Origin: Geosiphon pyriformis uo1
Lineage: Eukaryota; Fungi; Glomeromycota
NCBI GenBank assembly: GCA_016748015.1
Contig: JAAOMT010000776.1
Span: 186,001-250,000, forward strand
Direction: 5' to 3'
Length of the DNA stretch: 64,000 nt
Of this stretch, positions 27,001 to 39,800 are shown piece after piece. Under the pieces are notes generated by a model that saw nothing but the letters and a program-made list of their open reading frames with translations, was not told where the DNA came from and did not search any database. How positions within the stretch are numbered: position 1 is the stretch's first letter; each line of letters opens with the position of its first letter. The position numbers and the translations under genes are program-made.

Positions 27001-27866
27001 TACTGATTAATGCCAATGGGTTTGGTGTTTGTGTACTAGAGTGTTCTCCTGGTGCTAATTCTGGTTGTTTCTCTTTATTAATTTTCCCAATGGGCTGAAG
27101 AATAGCTGTTTTTTCAGAGAGGGTGGTTGATGATTCAGTTAATAGTTGAGTTGGTGGTGGTTCCTACATTAACATATTTCTATCTGTTTTGTTAAATATT
27201 GGGGTGAGATTTCCAAACAATAATCCATATTCTTCTAATAATTTGGTCCAACTATGTTGATTCCAAGAGTGTAGATTTCCAGGAGTACATGGTGTTTCCA
27301 ACTGAGTTTCTGGGAGTGAGTTAAATACAATTCTACTTTGGAGTATCTAATGGTATGATGGGGTTGTTGAAGAGAAAAATCTTGGTTTCTTGTTAATCGT
27401 GGACTTGGCTTGGACAGTTCCGGGTTTGTTGGGTTTGTTTTCATATTTCTTAGGGTCAGATTTCACTGGTTGTTGTACTTGAGGGAATTGTTTTGCCACA
27501 TAATATTTAATGTCTGTATCAATTATGCACAGAGTTTCAGTGATTGCTCAGATAGTCATGACTGTTAAGTACCTTAATAAGCTTTGATGGATTTGTTTTT
27601 CCAGTTTTCTTGTGTTGGTTGCATGGCCTAATAAGCAGTCAATTTTTGCATTAATATAGTTACAAAAATCACTTTCTGCATAAGCAGTTTCTGTTGGTAT
27701 TTCTAGGTCTTTTTAAAAGTATTGAAATAGTGCTTTTTCATATGAGGAGTGGTCTTTTCCTACTGTTTCAATAGTTGCCACTTTTGTGTATTTCTGGGGT
27801 GCTTTGTCTTTGTGGATTTATAACCTCACAAGAAGCACCAAATGTTATGGGTAAACTTGGTAGATA

Positions 27867-27884
27867 CTGTCTCTTATACACATC
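27867..27884 (+). other. Nextera/Tn5 mosaic-end adapter sequence (library or assembly artefact)
   Basis: CTGTCTCTTATACACATC matches 18 of the 19 nt of the Tn5 mosaic end. It sits exactly where ~450 nt present in the sister LTR are missing. Confidence 0.9.
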
Positions 27885-29995
27885 CAAGAACAATTGGTCC
27901 AAATTGTTAATAATTCAAGGTGGTTATGCTAAGAGCATCTGTCCTAAAACAAAGGTATGAAACAATGGTTAATTCATGTAAATCCCACATAGTTCAAGAA
28001 CATAAATTCGTGATTTTGATTTCTTTAATAATTGATTTATTTCAGAAGATGAATATGGAAATATAATAAATAAGGAGGAGTAATGGATATTTGTATCTTG
28101 TTTAGTGGTTTGTATCTATCTGTCTGTCTTTTTTTTTTTACAACTACTCATTTTTATATATTCTTTTGGTTTTACAGGATTCCTTCTAATTGTTTTGTTA
28201 TTGCTAATTATTGCTTTTGTTATTTCTGTTATTGCTTCATTCTTCTACGTTATTCCCAGTTATCCTACATTATAATATGTTATCACATATTATTCTGTGT
28301 TATTCTACATTATAATGTATTATCCTGTGCTATCCTAAGTTATAACACATTATCCAACATTATTGTGCACTATTTTGTATTATGTCATGTTCTGGTCACA
28401 TTTTTTTTAACTTCAGATCGGTTTTTCTACTCAGGTAACAGTGTAAACAGTATAAGTTTTAGCTGAATGCTTGTTCAAAAACCAGTTCCAAAAATCTTGA
28501 AATTGTCTACTGAATTGTTTTTTAACAAAAAAACAGATTAAACAAGAGAACAGAAAACTGAGTTTAATAAAATTTAGATTATTTTTGTTGTATACTACAA
28601 AGTATTCTTCTTATTGTTGTAATAAATATAAATAATTATTCATACAATAAAAAACAAAGTAAATTTTGACAATTTCATAGGAAACACCACTTTTATGTTA
28701 TAGATTGGAGTAACAAATTAATAAATAGCAAAGAAAAATATAATTATATAATAATAGAATATATTAAAGAAAAATTTAACTTCAAAGAGTAAATTAAATA
28801 AATATGAATTTAATGTATAAAATTAATCTTATAAAATATCTTAATTATTAATCTTTTCAAAAAATAATTAGAAAATTTGAAGGTAGAAAGATGATTTATA
28901 TTGTTAATAAATAATAGTATACTAATATAATTCTATGTTTTATGTTAGCACTCTTAGAATTTGATATTAGATATCAAATATATTTTTTAGTTATGTTTTA
29001 TTTAATAATTTTTAAATACTACAATTATATAATTTAGAAAAAAGATAAATAAATGTTAACAAGTAATTTTTTATTCCAAAATATTCAAATACTTAAAGAT
29101 AAAAAAAAGAGAATAAGTAATAGGAAAAGAATTAAAATAATAGTTGTTATTTTATTTATTTTTAATTAATTACTATATGTTTTTCTATAGCTAAAAAACT
29201 CATTACTTATATAGCTATTAAAAATAGTCAATAACCAAACCAATAATTAAATTAATAATTAGATTATTAATCAAGTCAGTAATTAGATTAATGATTAAAT
29301 TGTTGATTATTATCTAAAAATAGAATGGCTAATTATGTAACATTAGTGGCTAATATATGTAATAACTAATAAAAACAATGAATTTTAACTGTAACAATAT
29401 ATTAAATAGAAATTCAGCATAAATTAAAAATGATACTAATTGAGACTAATATACTTATTTCTGCATCAAAATTAGATAATTCACTATATTATTACTTGAT
29501 CTAAAAAGCTGTAAAAATTAATCATAATATAATTATTAGAGGAAAAAAAAAACACTTATAACAATACCAAAGAAAAGATACCAGTTGCAGCTTTTTTACT
29601 CTTTGCTCTGGTTGTAATTATAAAATTAAGAAGACAAAGAGTTATTGTAATGTAATTTTAATTAGCTTAAGTGATTTGTTACATATAATTTAGAATTTTT
29701 TATAAAAAAATATAAAGATATTAAAATTGTTTTCTAGTGTATTTTTAACTAACTTTATTAGTTTATTTTATAATTATATTAAAAACATATTAATATATTA
29801 AATTAATTATATACATATTTACGTATATAATTCTTTTAATAAATATTATAATTTATTGTATTAAATACAGTAATATGATAATTATAATTTATTTATTTTA
29901 AATATATTATTAATTTCATCTAAATCATCATTTTAAATAATGTTTTATTTAATTACAAAAAATTAGTTGAAATACAAAAATAAAACCTAAAGTTT

Positions 29996-30012
29996 GACGT
30001 GTCGCGTTAACG
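29996..30012. promoter_or_regulatory. MCB/E2F-like G1/S element (TCGCGT = ACGCGA on -) upstream of POL12
   Basis: gacgtgtcgcgttaacg lies ~65 nt before the ATG and is the only CpG cluster in the AT-rich upstream DNA. Fungal replication genes typically carry ACGCG boxes. Confidence 0.5.
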
Positions 30013-30071
30013 ACTCTATTTGTCAAGGCAACTATTTTAAACCACAGAAATTCATAAAGAATTAATAAAAG

Positions 30072-32572
30072 ATGAGTGTTCCGCTCAAACTGAAGCGTGG
30101 TGGGGTCGGAAGGATTTCCAAGGCAGACGACCTGAGGGCTATGTATGCTTCACTGGAAATAATATGCTATATTTCTTTTCTAGCAGTTGATTTACGCTTA
30201 TTTTGATCGAAAACGACTGCCATCTCAAAGGCATCACAAGGTCATTCCTTCCTCGTCTTCTATTGTCATAGAAAATAACATCAATAGTCCACCAAAACAA
30301 ACCGACGCCCCTGCAACTTCAGAAAAATCTCGTTTTCAAAATAGAGAAAAAGCTGGTGTCATCGCCCAAACTTGGAACAGCCATATCCCCTCCCAACAAT
30401 CTCCTTTAATTGGAGTCAAAAACAAAAGATGCGAGGTTGTATTATTAAAAGGCCAACAAGATTTACCTTACAGATACATGTATGAAAAATTGATAGACCG
30501 ATATGAAGGTAGAAATTTCCCTTAATTATGAGATAGGCTTTTTGGAAGATTTTGATTTTGTCTTATTTCTAAGATCTACTTCATGTCTCACCTACAGCTA
30601 TTGATGATCGAATTGAACAATTCGTTGCAATTTTTAAAGATGAGTTTGAAGAGCTTTTTGATCCGTCATGCTCTAGCCAGGTATCAGATATAAACAAATT
30701 TTATATTTTGTACTGTTCATTCCGTCACTTCAATTCGTCTTTTGGAAGGAGTTTATAATCTTTACACAGAGATTCTTTGCAATATAGCAAGAAAACTTTA
30801 TCCTAGAAAATAAAATGATTTATAAATGTTCCATGCTACAAAAAATTATATGTCTAGCTCACGGATTTTGTGTATGAGATTCCAATTTTGATTTTAAGAA
30901 TTACTTTATTAATACCAATTTTTGCCCAAGTAGGAATTGATAAGGACAATCGGAAAGATTAGTTGTGATTCCGACGGAAAATTAAACCTGCAATCATTGA
31001 TGCTCGATTCCCCGCAAAGTATAGGAGAAGGACGTAGAGTGAAGTTGTCTTTGGATGACCAATTGTCGTCTTTTGTTTTATTTCCAGGACAGGTTAATTT
31101 TCAAAGACGTTATCATATTTTTTTTACAATGTATTGCTTTATCTTTTTCAATCAATCAGGTTGTTGCCATTGCGGGAATAAATAGCACAGGACAAAATTT
31201 CATTGTTAGACAATTTTACGAGGTTATGATTCTTTTATTGGATTCTTCAATTTCTCTTTTGATCAAAATATCGCTCTTCGTATAAATATGTTTCAACTTT
31301 AAACTCCAGATTCCTTTATTACCGATGGCATTTTCCTCTCCTCGGGAAATTAAAGAATATAACTATGGGGCGAGAATGTTAGACGGGAAAGAGATGGTTG
31401 TGATAGCGGCTGCAGGGCCATTTACCATGGATGATAATCTAGATTTTGAGCCCTTCTGTGAGCTTGTAAAGCAATTGTCATTAGTCAAACCTGATGCGGT
31501 GATATTGGTGATTGTTTTCACTATTCTATCATCCAGTTCCCATGTATTCAGAGTGAGCTTTATATTATCTTTAATAAAATAAAATATCTAATTTAATTCT
31601 CTAGATGGGCCCTTTTGTTGACGAAAACCATCAATTAATAAGATCAGGTAATCTTGATATCACACCAGAAGAAATTTTTTCAAGGAAGATATCAGATCCA
31701 TTAGAGGATTTTTTACGGTCATCGCCGAGCACCAACATCATATTGATTCCCAGCCTTCAAGATATCATACATAGCCATATGGCATTTCCCCAGCCACCCT
31801 TGCAATCAACTAGTGGGTTTCGAATTCCTTTGGTAAATACATTGCATTCATGGTTTTTTTTTAGTTCAAAGTTTTTCCTTATATCAATACAATAAATTTT
31901 AGGACTTCAAAAGTTTACCCAATCCTGCTCAATTCCGGTTGAACGAAATTGTATTTGGAGCCACTACAAATGATATAATATCTCATTTAAACTTGGAGGT
32001 GTGCTTTTGGTATGGCAAATTCTCCTCACTCAAGACGTGGATTTAGTTTGGTATTTTCTCAACCTGTAACCAATTGTCATTTAGCGGAATTAAAGAGCGA
32101 ATAGTTAATCTCTGCCGACAAATCTTAAATCAAAGAAGGTATTTCAAAATGAAGAAACATGTGTGTAATTTTTTCAAAGTGCACAAAAATCGTTAATTAT
32201 ACTCTTATTGAAAATTTTTAATAGCTTTTATCCTTTATTTCCTCCTCATTCTGGCGCTAATTTGAGTCTTACAAACTTATCAAGTATACAGCTTCAAATT
32301 TTGCCTGATATTATCATCGTGCCTTCACGCACATTACAATATTTCGTACAGGTAAGACTGAGTTTATACAATTTTAATCTTTTTCTCCTAAATCTCTCAT
32401 CCAAATCTTATTAAAGAACGTAGAAAATGTTTTATTTATCAATCCTGGTACACTCGCCAAAGGAACTTTTGCGAGACTGACAATACACCCCATTAATGAA
32501 GAACATACGCAAACAGATCAGGTGATTCATCGAGTTGCCGAAAGGAGTAGAATAGAAATAATAAGAATATAA
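30072..32572 (+). CDS. POL12: DNA polymerase alpha-primase subunit B, 11 exons, ~507 aa
   Basis: Exons reconstructed with GT-AG introns: 30072-30142, 30231-30508, 30598-30680, 30934-31092, 31160-31222, 31310-31507, 31605-31832, 31903-32009, 32085-32138, 32225-32351, 32417-32572 (1524 nt, frame intact). Pol alpha B motifs: YRYMYEKL, GKISCDSDGKLN, LFPGQVVAIAGINSTG, AAGPFT, PDAVILMGPFVD, ILIPSLQD, FPQPP, LPNPAQFRLNE, QRSFYPLFPP, PDIIIVPS, INPGTLAKGTF. CpG is retained, unlike the decayed repeats. Exon 1 and its splice sites are the least certain part. Confidence 0.95.
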
Positions 32573-33049
32573 TTCGTTTCCGAAAGGAAACAAGGCAAAA
32601 ATAAATGAAGGACAAAATAATATAACATGCAACAAAACAAACAAATCGTAGAAAGTGATCATGAAAAGGTTTTATAATATTTTATTTTTGTTGCTTTTGA
32701 TTTACTATCCATAGAATATAATTGGAGTAATCAATCGAAAAACATAAACAATTTTTTAATTGAAAATTGCATTTTTATTTTACACTTTAATTATTGAGAT
32801 TTTTTTATAAATAAATACAATATAAATTAAAAAAAATTTATAAAACATTTTAATTGATTTTGTATTAAAACTTTTAAATATTTTATTTATTTATAATTAA
32901 ATTTAATACAATTTTTTAATGTTAAAAATTAAATAATTGCATTTGATGCATTGTTTTTGTTTTTTGTTTTTATAATATATAAATTTTATAAACTTATGTT
33001 ATATATTATTTTAATAATTAAAATACATAAATTAACAAATAAATTATAA

Positions 33050-33807
33050 TTTTTTATTTTATTTTAATAAGTACAACCCAAACACTATTTAGTATATAAA
33101 ACCAAACTAAGTAGTACAAACTAAATATGGCTTATGTGTTTACTACACATGACCAGTCATTCAAACCAATCAAAGCAACATTATATATTTATACAAATCT
33201 CTAAATTATTGTCTAAACTTAAAAAAAACAACAAGACTTGTACAATCCAAAATTAATAATAAATAATTCAACAATACCAAATAAACAAAATATTTCAGTT
33301 AAAAAAAACTAAACAGATTAAAACACATTTTAGACAACACTCTTATATTACCAACTAGTTTACTTTTTTCTATATTTATTCTGTATTTTAACCTAAACAA
33401 TCATAACTTACTATAATATTTTTTAGCCAAATAGCAGACAAAATCAGCTATTATTAATATAGTCTTTTTTTTATTATAAAAAATCAATACTTCTTCATTA
33501 ATACAGTTCTTAAAAACAAAATTTTTGCATAAAACCACATAAATACTAATGTTTAATATTTTTAAAACAAATGTGTACAATATTAAAGACAACAATAAAA
33601 AACAAATTTCTACTTAAGACTTTTATGACTTAGTATAATTTAATAAAATTTTAAAGTATACAAAAGCATTTTTTAGACAAGTAAAAACATAATTAAACAG
33701 CTTAATATTACTATATAATAAACACAATATACTTAAATAATTCTTATTATAAAGTTTTTTTTAACTATAATTAATAATTTTTTATAAACTGTTTTTATTA
33801 AATATAT
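33050..33807 (-). mobile_element. 3' fragment of a related LINE, heavily decayed
   Basis: Reverse complement aligns with 8130-8888 (zinc-finger region; 3' UTR ttgattggtttgaatgactggtcatgtgtagtaaacacat; tail cttattaaaataaaataaaaaa). Confidence 0.8.
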
Positions 33808-36800
33808 TATTACTTATAAAAATTAGGAATTATAATAATAGGTAAAATAGACAATCAGAAATAAATGTAGTAAAATAGAGAATTTCAGAATTTTTTTGGG
33901 AAATTGCAGAATTTTTTAGAAATTTTGTATAACACAAATTATATATATAGCAAGAGTATTAAAAGCAAAAAAGTATCCAGAATTCAATAGAGTTAAGAAT
34001 TCTAATACTCTCCTTTCAAAAGATAGTTTTTTATAACTTAAAATAGAAATATATCCATATTAATAAAAATTTCTAATTATTATTCAATTCATGTTATTGT
34101 CACTTGATTAAAAATATTAATTACTTACTTACTATTAATACTCTATATTAATAAAATCCAATACTTAACTATACTAAATTAATAATTCTTAATCATAATT
34201 ATTAACAAGATACTAATTTTTTGTTTTTTTTATATTTTTTTATATTTTTTTGTTTCATTTTTTTGTTGTTTACTTATTGATTAAAAAGATTAAGTGCTAA
34301 GTATTTGACATCAAAAATAGTCTGGTAAAAAATCTAAAAATAAGGATAAAAATTTAAAAATAACTTATTAGAAGAGCATAACTATCAGATTAAACTGGCT
34401 ATTATATTGAAGAAAAAAATTCAGAAGAAATCATTAATTAAATCTCTGTTTATTATACAAAAAATTTAACCAAAACCTTCAAACTCCAAAATTTTTAGAT
34501 ATTATTAATGTTACTAGCTATTAAGTACCAAGTTATGAATTTGTTATTTGTTTCAATATTTTAAATAATTATTTGTAACATTTGGTGTTTTTTGTGAAGT
34601 ATAATCCAACAAAAAACTATTAAAATCAACTATTTAAAAAAGTAACAAACCAAAAAATCATAAGAAAAAATTATTTAAAATTCATGAAATTTTTATTTCA
34701 ACATTATCAAATTTATTTCAAACTAACAAATAACTATTGGCCAGCAAAATCAGCTTTCAATTTTTATGTCAACAAAAAAATTAAATCCTACTTGAAAGAC
34801 CAAAGAAATCCAGAAGCCACTTTTAACAATTTCTATAATAAATTATTCTAAAGCATTATATTTCTACCAAACTATTTGTTTGTATTACTAATTATGAAAA
34901 TAAACAAAAAAATTGAAAAATACACCCAACAAAAATTTCTTATCATCTTTGTAAACAAAAAAAAATTACAAACTCCAACAAAAACATCAAAAAAAATACA
35001 ACCATTTACTTGAAAGAAACCAAAAGTTATTTTACTTATTCACCCATTATATTATTATACACTAAAAAATATTATATACATATCATTAGGATCTGTATTA
35101 CTATCAACTGCAAAAACACTATTATTAAGAGTACAGTTTTAAAATAATCAAAAGAAAGCCAAATTATTAGGAACATATGCCAAATTCTTTGAAGAATTTA
35201 AATTGCAACCAACAATACCATTAGAACTTTGATCACTGTTATTATAACCAAATTTCGAATTTATCAGTTATTAAAAAAATACTGAATTAGAAGAAAAAGA
35301 AGACAGCAATCAAAAAAATAATAATTAAAACCCAATCCCAAATAATCCAAAAATACAAACTCTAAAAAACCCAAACAATCCAAACTCTACTCATATTATT
35401 CAGCAAAATTTACCTTTAGTTATTATGATTAATTCACCAATTGTACCAATTGTCACACCACAACAACAGTTTTAATAACAATCACAATAACAATCACAAC
35501 AACAACAATTTGCACCAATAATATACACACTTATTATCAAACTTGAAAAATTTATTAGTGAAAAAAACAATGTCCAAACATGATTAAACAACATAGCTAA
35601 AGCAATTACAGCAAATAACTGGAACAATGCCAAAGCCCTTTAAGCTATTTCCTACTTTTTACAGAATACTGCTAATTTGTAATATTAGAACTTAGTTAAC
35701 AAGCTATAAATCTTTAATGTATTTAAAACTGCATTTCTATAATATTTTAGCAATTACAACAGTATTAATTACTTATTAACTAGCTTAATTATTATTAAAC
35801 AAAGTAATACTGAAGCAGTCACTATTTATTTGGGATGCTTTTACAGAAATCTATGCCAAATTTAAACAATTCAAGTTGACTACTTTACAAAGACACAGAT
35901 TTTGAACCAGTTTATTTGTGGATCACACAGTAGCTTATTATAATAAGTATGTCCAATATACCTGAATACTCTCTAAAATACAGTTACATATATCCAAGAT
36001 TTTGAATTGGCCAAACTTGAAGCCAATCACACCCAAGCCATTAACTTAATAATGAACAAATTATCTAAATTAGATATCAAATTAAAGCAATTTGATAAAG
36101 CTATTAATTAAAAAATTAAGAGATACTTGGCTAATAATTAAGCTATCTATTAGTCTTTACAACACTATAACAATTAAGGAAACTTTAATTGTTTTCAAAA
36201 TCAATTGTGTCTATTATTTTCATTAGCCAATCAATTATAACAACAAAAGATGCATATTTGCCACTATTGTAATAAACAAAAACACTTAAAATTAGATTGT
36301 TATATAAGATTAAATAACCAATAATCGGGAAATTAATATCAAAATCCTGATCACTGATTCTAAACTCCAAATTATATTCAGAATCAAAAACAATACCAAC
36401 CACATTATGTACCAATAACACAATAACCAATATATGTATCTTCTGTTTATCAGATTTTAGCACCAGTAATTTATTAATAGCTATAGCCATAAGTAATTTA
36501 TTAATTCCAATAAATTCAAGCATCATCCCAAATTACTGTGCCAACACTTATTAGAAATTCAAGGCTAAGAATTACTTATACTCAGCAGAATTGAAAATTG
36601 ACAATAGTAATGTACCAACCAATCTCCAGTTTATTAAATTAATCATTAGAATTATGTCAGTGGAGTTTAAGAAATAAGTACACCCAAAACCCAAATTTTT
36701 AGAACTATTTAAGTTTTTTAGTTATTCTAGAAAACAATGCATCCAACAATTTGGAAACCAACCAACAACTACTTACCAACAACATTCTATTGACAATTGT

Positions 36801-39800
36801 TATTAAAAACAAATTATTAACCACTATCTTTCCATTTAAATTAGAAACCCAATTTGAAACTCTATTATTTAATAGAGTTATTTTCAATGTTAAACTCATT
36901 ACTGCCATGTACACAAATACCAAAGTTAATGGCCACTATATCAAATTAATTCTTAATAGTGGTTCAACAGGCAGCATTATTACATAACAACTTATGGACC
37001 AATTAAATCACTGAGTTGATCATGCTGCCAGTGCCAAAATTATCACAGCCAATGAAACAACAAAAACTCCAATTGGCAAAATCAATAACTTTTTGTTTGA
37101 AGTTAATGATATCATGGCACCAATTAAAGTATTAGTGATAAAAGCAATACAATACCAAGCTCTTATTGGTAATGACTAGCTGTTCAAAACCAATATTGTG
37201 TTTAACTAAAATACTCAAAAGCTCCAGTTAATATTTGATAATTAGCATACTTAAGTGTTTGCTATCTGTGAATATTTTAAAGCTTTTTCAAGAAAACAAC
37301 CATTGATTAAGTTAAAAAAAGAAAAAAAAAAACCTACTTGAAAAGTTTATTAGGTCTTGTGGAATAAAGATGAACACAACAAATTACTGTTAATACTTTT
37401 ATAAGATGATAAAAAGAAAAAAAAAAGACAAACCAGAAACCACTACAGTTACCAAAGAAATAACCAGTAAGTGAAATAGATTATACTTCATGAACACAAG
37501 AAAAGAACTGCCATATATTCTACTATAGTATATCAATTATAATAAAAAGCTTTTCTTCATAAGAGCTTAGATCTTACTTGAAAAAAACTACTGAACATGT
37601 ACTTATTATTACTATAAACTATGCTATTGAAAACATTTTAGATATCTTAAATGACAAGAATAGTAAAACAACAAATCATGTCTTGCTTGTAAAAAAATGC
37701 TACTCAACAAAGAAATATAAAACAACATTTTTGTGTAAAGAAAAACATATAATGTATTATATTAATACATAATTCTCATAAACAATTGAATGAGTTAAAA
37801 AATGTCTTTTAATACTGTGTAGAACCAAACACTTTCATATTTAGATGGTTATCTACATGACAAAAATAAAATCTAGTAAATGGTAAATGCCAAAATTAAA
37901 GATATTTCACCAAATAAAATATTAGTAATTAAAAATAACCTATCAGAATCTGTTAAGACTATTTTTATTTCCAATTCAGATACATTTATTGACATTCTGA
38001 GTGATTCAGAACAATTTCACAAATACTACCACGATTTAGCACTTACTAAAGAAAAGCAAAAACAGTATTTAGAATAATTAAATACTAGACTTTTTAAATA
38101 TTGTCTAATTTTCAGTAATTTTGAATATTGTGATAATTGTGACCTTATTTACAATTCATAATTACACATAATCTATTTGATCTTTGAAAAAAAAACCAAT
38201 TAGCAAATGCACATTAGAATCAAAATCGAAATTCAATTGTGATTTAAACTTTGACAATAATAACAACAATATTTTTAACTTTATTCATAATGACAATAAT
38301 AACAACAATAATTCCAACTCCAATTACAATTTTAAACAATATATCATGCTCCCAAATCTTTTAATAAAGCAGAAACTTAAATGGTTTAACAATAATAATA
38401 AAGATATTATATCAAAACATACACATAATACTAATGCAGAGTTTAATTTTAAATACCCAAGAAAAACAGCCATCCAATTGGAACTCTATTTACATATCAG
38501 TATAAATCTAAAAATAGTACTGGAAATTTTAACAATAACAATGATTCAATTAGCTTTTAAATCTAATTTAGCAAAAAAAAAGATTAATATTAAAAAAAAA
38601 TAATTGATGCAGAATACATAAAAAATATTATTACAATGCTATAAAATAATTCAGAAAAAAAATATATCATTAAACCAAACAAAAAAATAGCACAGACAAT
38701 ATTTTTGTCTTTAATTAAAATAGTTTGATTAGTATTAATGGAAACAAAAAAAGAATTAAGGATTACAGCAAGAGAAATAAAAAGATTTGAATTTATAGAT
38801 AGAATAGAAATACCAATTAATATGACAAAAGAGAAAACCATTGACAAGAGAAAAATTATCTCTATTCATTAATTAATTTCTATTTTATTATATGATCAGT
38901 ATATATTAATTATAGAAAGAAAGATTAAGGATCAACCCCAGATTTTTGAAGCTGAAACAATTATGTATAAATCAGAAGAAATTGGCATTACTAATTTCTA
39001 CATACCAGCCAAAAACCATAAACACATCAAGATCTGTATATACAACACAACTAAAAATTCTATAAAAATACCAAGTGAAATAACCATCAGATACTTAAGT
39101 ACTGAAGTTGAGAATCAAATACCTACTATTTCAGATTTTTTACAACTTTGTGGATATGTAAATATTATATTACAAACTATATATGAACAAAAAAAATGCT
39201 ATTTGTTGCAATTAAAACAAATAAACTTGGGAAATTTAGACTTATTTCAACAGATATAACTTAAAATATTACTTAATAACTTTACTAATATTTTTGCTAG
39301 TAAAAATAAATTTCGCAGAACTGACATCATTTAACAACAAATTAAAACTAGAAATGTAATACCAATCAAACAAAGAGCATATAAAGTACTACCTACTAGC
39401 CATAAAATTATCTGATAAGAAATCAACAGAATATTAAACAATGAGTTAATTTAATTATTAATAAGCCCATAGTTTTTACCAATAGTACTGGTCCAAAAAA
39501 AAAATAAAAAAATCTGTTTTTGTGTGAATTACAGAAAACTCAACAGTATAATACATGAAGACAATTATCTAACTTCATAAATCCAAGAACTATTTAATGC
39601 TTTTGTAAGGAAAAAATAATTCTTAACATTAGTCTTAGAAAGTAATTACTGACAAGTAGTCATAAATCCAGCTGACAAAAAAAAATGGCATTTACCACAA
39701 AAGAAGAAAACTTTGAATTTAATGTTATACCATTTAGCTTAACCAATGTCTTAGCCATCTTCTAATGGCTTATGGAAATTGTCTATACAGAATTATTATA

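Larger units (their letters stand above)
13142..28440 (-). mobile_element. Full-length Ty3/Gypsy LTR element C with dUTPase (contains nested element F)
   Basis: LTRs 27843-28440 and 13142-14177 (TGTTA...TAACA); TSD ATGT/GTGT; PBS TGGTGCTTCTTGTGAGG at 27824-27840. gag ~27745-25900, PR (LILDSGS) ~25620-25250, Cys block, dUTPase ~18620-18200, RT (YLDGT) ~17780-16950, RH to 16387, IN 16376-15000, ORF3 14929-14192, PPT aaaaggagaggga. Confidence 0.93.
9576..29396 (-). mobile_element. LTR element G (family A LTR; 5' LTR 28696-29396, PBS, gag and protease remnants), interrupted by element C and a Tc1 element
   Basis: 28696-29396 is the reverse complement of the 43547-44273 LTR, followed by PBS-like TGGTGTTTCCTATGAAA (28673-28689). 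Decayed gag at ~13140-11480 and protease at ~10060-9700 (DLILNSK..SII, VYINGINIETDIEV..AKEYTIIIDNKWL). Truncated near 9576. Confidence 0.7.

Noticed and set aside
27867-27884. Genuine Tn5/IS50 end from bacterial horizontal transfer
   Set aside because: It matches the engineered mosaic end used in sequencing kits, with no transposase or second end nearby.
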